Of a stretch of 51,284 bases of DNA, positions 44,979-51,284 are shown piece after piece; position 1 is the stretch's first letter; every line of letters begins with the position of its first letter. A program made the translations under genes and the position numbers. The notes below the pieces were generated by a model. The model had not been told where the DNA came from, did not search any database, and was given only the letters and a program-made list of their open reading frames with translations. This stretch comes from Vitrella brassicaformis CCMP3155 (Eukaryota > Protista > Chromerida). The stretch is taken from positions 1-51,284 of the forward strand of contig CDMY01000564.1 in NCBI GenBank assembly GCA_001179505.1, given 5' to 3'.

Positions 44979-46628
44979 TCATTCTTCCTCCTCTTCTCCC
45001 GTCTTATCTTGATCCTTCTTGCCCCCAAGCAGGAAGTCGCTCGAGTAGTCTGGCTTAAGGTCGAACCCGCCAAAGCCCCCGAACGCCCGGCCCCTTGCGA
45101 ACTGCCCCACACGCACCCTCACCGCACCTCGCCTCGCCCCGCCGCCTCGACCCCCCGTCGCCGCCTTGCCGTCATCAACAGCCAGTTTGAGCACGTGATC
45201 GGGCGCCTTCTCGTCGCCACCTTCTGCAGCAGGGGCGGGGCGAGGGGCGTCGCCGGCTCCCTCGGCTGTTTGCATGAAGGGTAGGGGCTCGTGATTGGAT
45301 GATACAGCTGGGGGCCGACGTGCCGGCTTGTCGTCGGTCTCGTCGTCGTCAGCGTCCATGTCCATCTTGTATTGGGGATGGGAGGGGTCGGTGTCCGATG
45401 CGCCAGCAGGGGCGGCGGCAGACGCACCAGCGGCCGCTGCCTGTCCACCACCAGATGCAGCTGCTGCAGCTGGGCGTGACACCAGCGGCACGGACGCGCT
45501 ATAGAAGGGCATGCGGGCAAGCTGACGCTCGATGCGAGCACGAATCTGAACGGACACAAAAGGCAAAATGAATGAAGGGAAGAGGGGAGCTTCGTCTTCC
45601 TCTTGGTTGTTCGTTCGTTGCGCACCTTCGCAGCCATCTTCTCATCCACAGGTTCCCTTTTGACCTCCTCGGCCTTCCTCTTCTTGCGCCGCTCCTCCCT
45701 CTCCTTATCGGCAGCCTCAGCCTCCTCATGGCCACCTTCCCTCGCCCTCCGACGCCCCCTGCCCGGCCCATCGGCCGACCGCCCCCGACCTCTGCGAGCC
45801 GGCCGACCACGCTGCGCAGATGGCCCAGCCGCAGCAGCGGCAGGTGTCGACGGCTCTGCCCTGGCGCGGCGATTCCGTCGAGGCGGTGGAGGTTCGTCTG
45901 CCTCGTCGTGGTCGCGTGCATCGGATCCCTCCAGGTCGGACGGTGAACGTCCCAGCTCGTGGAACAGCTCTGATCCTGAATCGAGGAAGTCCGAATCGCC
46001 TGCATCGGACTCGTCGTCAGAGTCCGATAGGGTGTCCACCAAGTGAGCCTCATCCACAAAACGCTGCGTGTCCAACATGACAAGAGCACAACAGCCATTT
46101 TGTCAAAGGTTCGTCGATGCCATGCATGTGTGTGGTTGTTGTGTTCTCTATCCCTCGCTCCTCACCCAGCTCTGTCGGCGTCCAGCGTTGGTGTAGCAGG
46201 CCATAGCGATGAACCGCTTCTTGCACTGAGGGCAGCTGTTCTCCTGGCTAGCCCAGGTCTCGATGCACTTGTAGTGGAAAGCGTGCGGGCAAGTGTCGAT
46301 GAGGCCCAGGCGGAAGTCTCGCCGCGATGTGCTGCTGCCGCGGACGACATCGCCCTCCTCGAAATCGAGCAAACACACACCTAACCGAACCAGATCAGCA
46401 AGTTGACAGCAACACGAAAAACAGAAGTGATGGATGAGTCGGTTCCCGACTCGCGTCTTCCTTCCTGTTCGCTTTCGTGCACTCACCGCATGGCTGTTGT
46501 CTACATTTGAGCCTCTCTTGGTCCAGCGTCAATGGGAAGACCCTCTCTTCCATCAGCAGGTTGGTCTCATCCACATCCTTCTCCCCGCCATCGCTCTTCT
46601 TCTTGGACCGCTTATTGTGACGCGCCAT
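44979..46628 (-). CDS. RING-H2 protein (N-terminal RING resembling PHRF1/SCAF11/Asr1-type) with long acidic/basic disordered tail
   Basis: MARHNKRSKKK...PC|GVCLLDF...GLIDTCPHAFHYKCIETWASQENSCPQCKKRF; acidic SDSDDESD and Arg/Lys-rich segments; terminal exon ORF 44979..45566. Confidence 0.82.
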
Positions 46629-47231
46629 CGGCTCCAACGGCTCCGCAGCGGCGCGAGGAACGCCTCTCAAGTTTTGCGAGCTCAAAAACGATCGCCTCTG
46701 GAGCAGAGTGTGACGAAGATGGCGAGCCTTCCGGCCCCACCCCCTTTTTCGTGTAACCGAACTATATAGTTGTTGGAATGAGTGCCTCGTGATATCGCGC
46801 GTCGTGTGCCTTCTTGTGAGACCCTGCATCGGCCATTGGGCCTTGAATGCAGCGTGTCGTCAAGAAAGAGGGCATTGCGCGATGAGGCCATCGTCCAACC
46901 CGCATAGTTCATGCTGATGGTTCGTACAGATGGCCTTCATGCAGACGGGGATCTGGGCGGCCGAAGCGTTCAAGGACACGGTGACCGAGGAGAGGAGAGG
47001 CACCCCCTCAACCCCGCCATCCGCAGCTCTCCCCCTCTGTGGCTGAAGGTGATTTGTGTCTCCCATCTCCGCCACACTGGTGCATCTGCCGTGAACGCAG
47101 CGCCGCCCTGACCTACGTCTTTCATGGCTCTTCGTGGTTCGCGGACTTCGTGCCCTTCGTGCTATTCGTGGCTTCGTGATCTGGTGATTTGCGTCTCAAT
47201 TTTGTCTTCTGTTGCGTCCCAGCGCCCCGCG

Positions 47232-47801
47232 ATGGCAGCATCTACGCCCACGCTCGCCGAGCTCAACAATCGCTGCTTGCGGACTTGGCTGGATACCGAT
47301 TATCTGCGTCGACATGAGGAGGAGCGCAAGGCAGCCGTCAGCCATCTGGCTTCCCGCATCCGCGTGGACCCCACTGCCCCACACCTCGCGCACCACCAAA
47401 CCACGCCTCCCCCTCTACGAGAACGGCCGTGCCCCGTCTACCCGCCCATTCCGGAAGAGACCCGCTATGTTGCATACGGTCAAGACTACTGGCGGAGGAG
47501 GACACGCCCGCCTGACGCAGCCGAGCGAGCGTTCGAGGCGCTTGTCGCCGAGATCGCCCGCCGCGAGGAGGGCCAGAGGGTTCCGTCAGCACAGCCTGCG
47601 CTAGCCGTCCCGGCACCCACCGCATCCGCACCATTCCGGGTCGCCATCCTCTATCCCCACTACTCTCAGCACACCGCACATGCTCTACCGACGACAACGA
47701 CGGTCAACAGGGAGAGGTCGAGCATCGCAACAATGCCCGAGTTTGCAGAGGATACCAACGCACCGTTCGTCTCGCGCCGCTATGTCGTGTACGATGGTTA
47801 A
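47232..47801 (+). CDS. Intronless hypothetical ORF (~190 aa), unknown function
   Basis: Long ORF MAASTPTLAELNNRC..., preceded by TTCGTG repeats. No motif recognised. Lack of introns is atypical for this window. Confidence 0.35.
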   Translation: MAASTPTLAELNNRCLRTWLDTDYLRRHEEERKAAVSHLASRIRVDPTAPHLAHHQTTPPPLRERPCPVYPPIPEETRYVAYGQDYWRRRTRPPDAAERAFEALVAEIARREEGQRVPSAQPALAVPAPTASAPFRVAILYPHYSQHTAHALPTTTTVNRERSSIATMPEFAEDTNAPFVSRRYVVYDG

Positions 47802-47967
47802 GTACCATCGTTATTGCCTCCGCGCGTGGACAGCGGTATACCCACGTACTCTGCGGTACGAATACGAGCGCACACGTCACGCTCACATGTATACGAGTGC
47901 ACGCCTTTCTATCTGGCTCGTCGATTTTCACTTGTATATACTTGTACATACTCGCAGTATCCCATAT

Positions 47968-49495
47968 CTATCTGACTCGGCGTTTTCTAAGCGTGCGTCC
48001 TGACACACACCACATGCTGACCCGGCTTTTTGTCTGCATGGATCCATAAACACGGACGTACAAGGCGTCTCCATCCTTGCTTCCCTTAGGCGGGCGCCAC
48101 TCCTTTGGCACCGTCTGCTCCCAGACGTCGTTGCGTGCAGATGTCTCGGCAAAGGCCACCTCTGCAACCATGTCTTGAATTAGTGTGCCATGCGGAGTGG
48201 CCTCATCTAGCCCGTGGGGCTGGGGAAAATCGTCAGCCTCCTTGCGCGAGTCCCTGAAACACCGCCTGAGTGCCGAACACAGCAGCCTCGATTAGATCCT
48301 CCCCGCCCATGTGTGTTGGCATGTCTCACTCACTCACTCACTCACCTGTAAGCGGCGTTCCTACAGCCATAATGATCGGATTTCTGCCGGTGTTTGGGGT
48401 CGTCTGCATTGATGAAGTCCCACATGTCGCCGTGGACCATCTTGACCACGAACTACTGCAATGGGCGAACACAGTGGATGGTTCATGTACTACTCCAATC
48501 AACATCAACTTCTTTGAATGAAGACTCGATCCCTCGCTCCACCACCCATGAACCACTCAGATTGACTGACCTGTCGTCGGCGCTCCGGGCACCTTCGGTG
48601 CCCTCCGCATTTGGGTCGATCGCTGGCTAGTCGTTGCTCGGCTCGGCCCTTCGGGCCTCGCCTTCGCTCTACCGCTCGCATCGCGGGAAGTCGGCGATTT
48701 CATGGTCGCGGTAGAGCACGTCTCCCTTCTCATGCGGAAAGAGCTTGTCGACGAGAGCTTGCGTGAGGGTGTCGTCGTGATTGCCCTTAAGCAGGTAGAG
48801 CGGCACATGGCGGGCGATGCACTCAATCAGAGGAATGAACTCGGACACTTTGGTGATGCCGAAGCCCCGTCTGTAGAGGCCATCATCGAGGATGTCCTCA
48901 GCTTTGAGCATCGTCTCGTTGAAGGGCACATCTGGGGGGCACATACAAAAGACCATCATGGCATGCCTTGCGTGCATGGAGGTGTCTCTCCTGCATATCC
49001 GCTCACCCCACAGGTTGAAAATGTCACCAAGAATTGCAACCTGAATGACGGAGACGATGTGAGCATATTGCACTGGATAAATATCTCCATACGGCTTTGA
49101 TTTGGTGGGCTTCGAGCAGCCCTTTGGAGTGGTGCAGCTTGAGGAACTTTGCGAGCCCGTCCAGGGTGCTCTGCTTCCTCGTGTGACAACCACCAATGTG
49201 GAGGTCAGAGAACACGCGGAGACGGTACTTCTTGGGAGGCGCACTTGCCGAATGGTTGGATACATGCGACGTGCTGCCGTGGGCGTGAAGAAATGACGAT
49301 TCTAAAGCGGATGCCGATCTCTCATCGATGTTGTAGCCTGAATGTACAGGAACAATGTCATGCAACGTTGCTGTCTCTTCATTACAGCGTTGCGGTGCAC
49401 GCAGCTGCCTCGTGACGGTCGACATTCTCACCTGCAGCAGGCCGCCCAAGGGCGAGGACGATGGCGAAGAGAATGGAAATGGACCAATTAGTCAT
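47968..49495 (-). CDS. Secreted calcineurin-like metallophosphoesterase (LpxH/YbbF-like motif set); possible frameshift or atypical intron near 48680; 3' end approximate
   Basis: Signal MTNWSISILFAIVLALG; VFSDLHIGG; AILGDIFNLW; LKGNHDD; MVHGDMWD. No final GHxH motif recognised. Confidence 0.72.
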
Positions 49496-49813
49496 CGGCT
49501 CTTCGTAACGCGACGCCGCCCGACCAAGTAATGGGGGCCGGCCCTCGACCCGGAGTCGTTACAACGGCCGGCATCACTGCGGCTGGGCGCCGGCACTCTC
49601 TGAGTCCCTCGAGTGCTGCTGTCGTCCCTGCCTGCTCTCATTTCGACCCACACCAACGTCACGCGGTGCGCCACTCCCTCCCACCCTCGTGAATTGCGAC
49701 TCAATTTGCGAGTCACTCAATCTCTCCCTCTTCCTCTTACCCTCCTTCGCTTTGTTCCTCTTACCCTTCCCCTTAATACAAGAGACTTCTCTCACTCGTA
49801 TTGATAGTTGAAT

Positions 49814-50475
49814 ATGGCATCAGCCCCTCAGCCCCACTGTCCTCAGCCCGTGCAGCAGTTCGGGATCCGGAAGGTGGAGAAAGTGCACCCGGGGGAGGAA
49901 GTGGCTCAGCCTTGCGCGTCTACTTGCGCCAACGGACACGAGTACGAAAAGGAGATCAATTGGCTTCTCTGGTGCGCGTTTGGCTGCCCCTTCTGTAAGG
50001 CCCCACACGCACAACACAGAAGTTGAAGGTTCTAGATGCCCGTCACTGCATTTTTATACACAGGTTATTTCCCGGGTACCTATCGTTGTAAAAATTGCGG
50101 GCAAGAGCAGCCCCGGCACTACGGGCAAGTAGATCAACTGCGTCAAGAGCAGCCCTAGCAGCAAGACATGCAGCAAGAGCAGCCCCAGCAGCAAGACATG
50201 CAGCACGTGGCTCAGCCTGCCGCGTCTCCCTGTGCAGCTAACGGACACGAATTCGAGGAGGAGATCGATTTGATTCTCTGGTGCTTGTGCGGCAGCTGGT
50301 ATTGGCTGTGCTGCCCCGGTACGCAGCGAATGCCCCACAGCACAGAGGTCGAAGGTTCTAGGTGCTCGTTACTACACGTCTACACACAATCATGTGAATC
50401 CCTGCAGGTACCTATCGTTGCAAGAAATGTGGGCTGACAGTTGTAGACGACAAGCCACCAAGCAATAGTCAGTAG
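49814..50475 (+). CDS. Two tandem BRI3/LITAF-like Cys-rich membrane domains joined by a Gln-rich linker with an in-frame TAG (50156-50158)
   Basis: Domain 1: CANGHEYEKEINWLLWCAFGCPFC|YFPGTYRCKNCG. Domain 2: CAANGHEFEEEIDLILWCLCGSWYWLCCPG|TYRCKKCG. Each is interrupted by an intron (50000s, 50320s-50408). Confidence 0.65.
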
Positions 50476-51078
50476 CTTGTAGCATGTAGCCTGTCGCTTG
50501 TCGGCCCGCCCAGGAGGGCTTGCTGTTGGTTATGTGCCCGCGTGGATGCAACTTGACAAAGACACGGCGGGCATGCCGGGAGACATACAAATAGTGTATT
50601 GATAAGTGACTCTTTCTCTCTTTCTCCTCTCTGTCTCTGTACCTCACGGTGTGTGTGCTTCCATCTCTCTACAGGCCCGACAAACATGAATCGGCCGGCC
50701 CGGCTGATGTCTCGACAGCCGAGGCTTAGTGTGTCTGCTGTCTATCGCTCCACGAAGGCACGCAAGTCATACGAGTAAGTATTCCAGTTCTCGTGAGCAG
50801 CACATACGAGCGACGCTGACACTGAGGTATCTGATTGCATGGTGCGTGTAGCGCCCTCGGACTGAGTATGAGGTGCCTAGGTAGTGTGCGTGTGTGTTGA
50901 ATTTATGTGGTTGGTTGGTTGGTTGGCTAGCTGGTTGGTTGGCTGATGGATTAACGGCTGGCTGGATGGAGAGAGAGGGGTCTTTACAGACGTTAATTGC
51001 CAGGCTGTACACGACATGTATAAAGACGCCTTTCTACGTCTTTATACATCGAAACACCGCAAACAACACATCGGACCA

Positions 51079-51284
51079 CACGTGCATGCGCAGGGGTGCG
51101 CACATAGACGTTCATTATATACACACACTCCAAGTCGACACGTGTATGCGCAGGGGTGCGCGCCGCAGGGGTGCGCGCACAGACATTCATCATAACACTC
51201 CAAGTCGACACGTGCATACGCAGGGGTGCGCGCACTGACATTCATCAAATACACACACTCCAAGTCCAAACGTGCATGCGCAGG
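51079..51284. repeat. Minisatellite, ~60-70-bp unit, at least 3.5 copies, running off the window end
   Basis: Unit approx. ACACGTGCATGCGCAGGGGTGCGCAC...CATTCAT...ACACTCCAAGTCG repeated at 51079, 51139, ~51209 and ~51269. Confidence 0.9.

Noticed and set aside
2928-46080. Long antisense or overlapping ORFs (e.g. 2928..3629, 8188..8628, 18566..18994, 25729..26337, 43860..44480, 45603..46046)
   Set aside because: Shadow ORFs opposite real coding exons in GC-rich DNA, with no recognisable motifs.
1586-50158. TAG reassigned to Gln (non-standard code), suggested by in-frame TAGs at 1586, 1979, 19114, 48669 and 50156
   Set aside because: Conserved genes (chlI, GH28, GT17, GT90) end at TAG at the expected C-terminus. 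The in-frame TAGs lie in loci that also carry frameshifts, or are explained by single CAG-to-TAG transitions.

Overview
Eukaryotic, intron-dense nuclear DNA with short GT-AG introns, ACAC/GCAG/GACA microsatellites and three 300-N scaffold gaps. The organism is photosynthetic with a complex plastid, because the nuclear chlI gene has a signal-plus-transit leader. Overall style suggests a chromerid such as Vitrella brassicaformis (inference, not verified). In order, the window holds: (1) a nested transposon graveyard at 1-4340 (frameshifted Ty3/Gypsy-like gag with CCHC knuckle, a 3' fragment of an RLE-type non-LTR element, and a highly structured 148-bp TIR element); (2) a GH28 polygalacturonase with a decayed tandem copy of its 3' end; (3) spliceosomal cyclophilin CWC27; (4) Mg-chelatase ChlI, with two extra copies of its 5' end; (5) a multiply disrupted FAD-dependent oxidoreductase pseudogene; (6) a GT43 with apparently dead catalytic motifs; (7) a large secreted PAN-malectin-PKD-IPT/TIG-GSDH mosaic protein; (8) a CACTA-like end, a MITE and an interstitial TTTAGGG tract; (9) GT90 and GT17 glycosyltransferases; (10) a perfect 32-bp hairpin; (11) UBL-coiled-coil-RING and RING-H2 genes; (12) a secreted metallophosphoesterase; (13) a tandem BRI3/LITAF-like Cys-rich gene with an in-frame TAG; (14) a terminal minisatellite. 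All exon structures were inferred by eye, gene starts are often approximate, and family calls come from recognised motifs, not database searches. Best leads: the GT43 pseudo-enzyme inside a loose glyco-gene neighbourhood, the telomere-repeat/TIR composite, the mosaic GSDH adhesin, the dispersed ChlI targeting exon, and the two structured non-coding elements.
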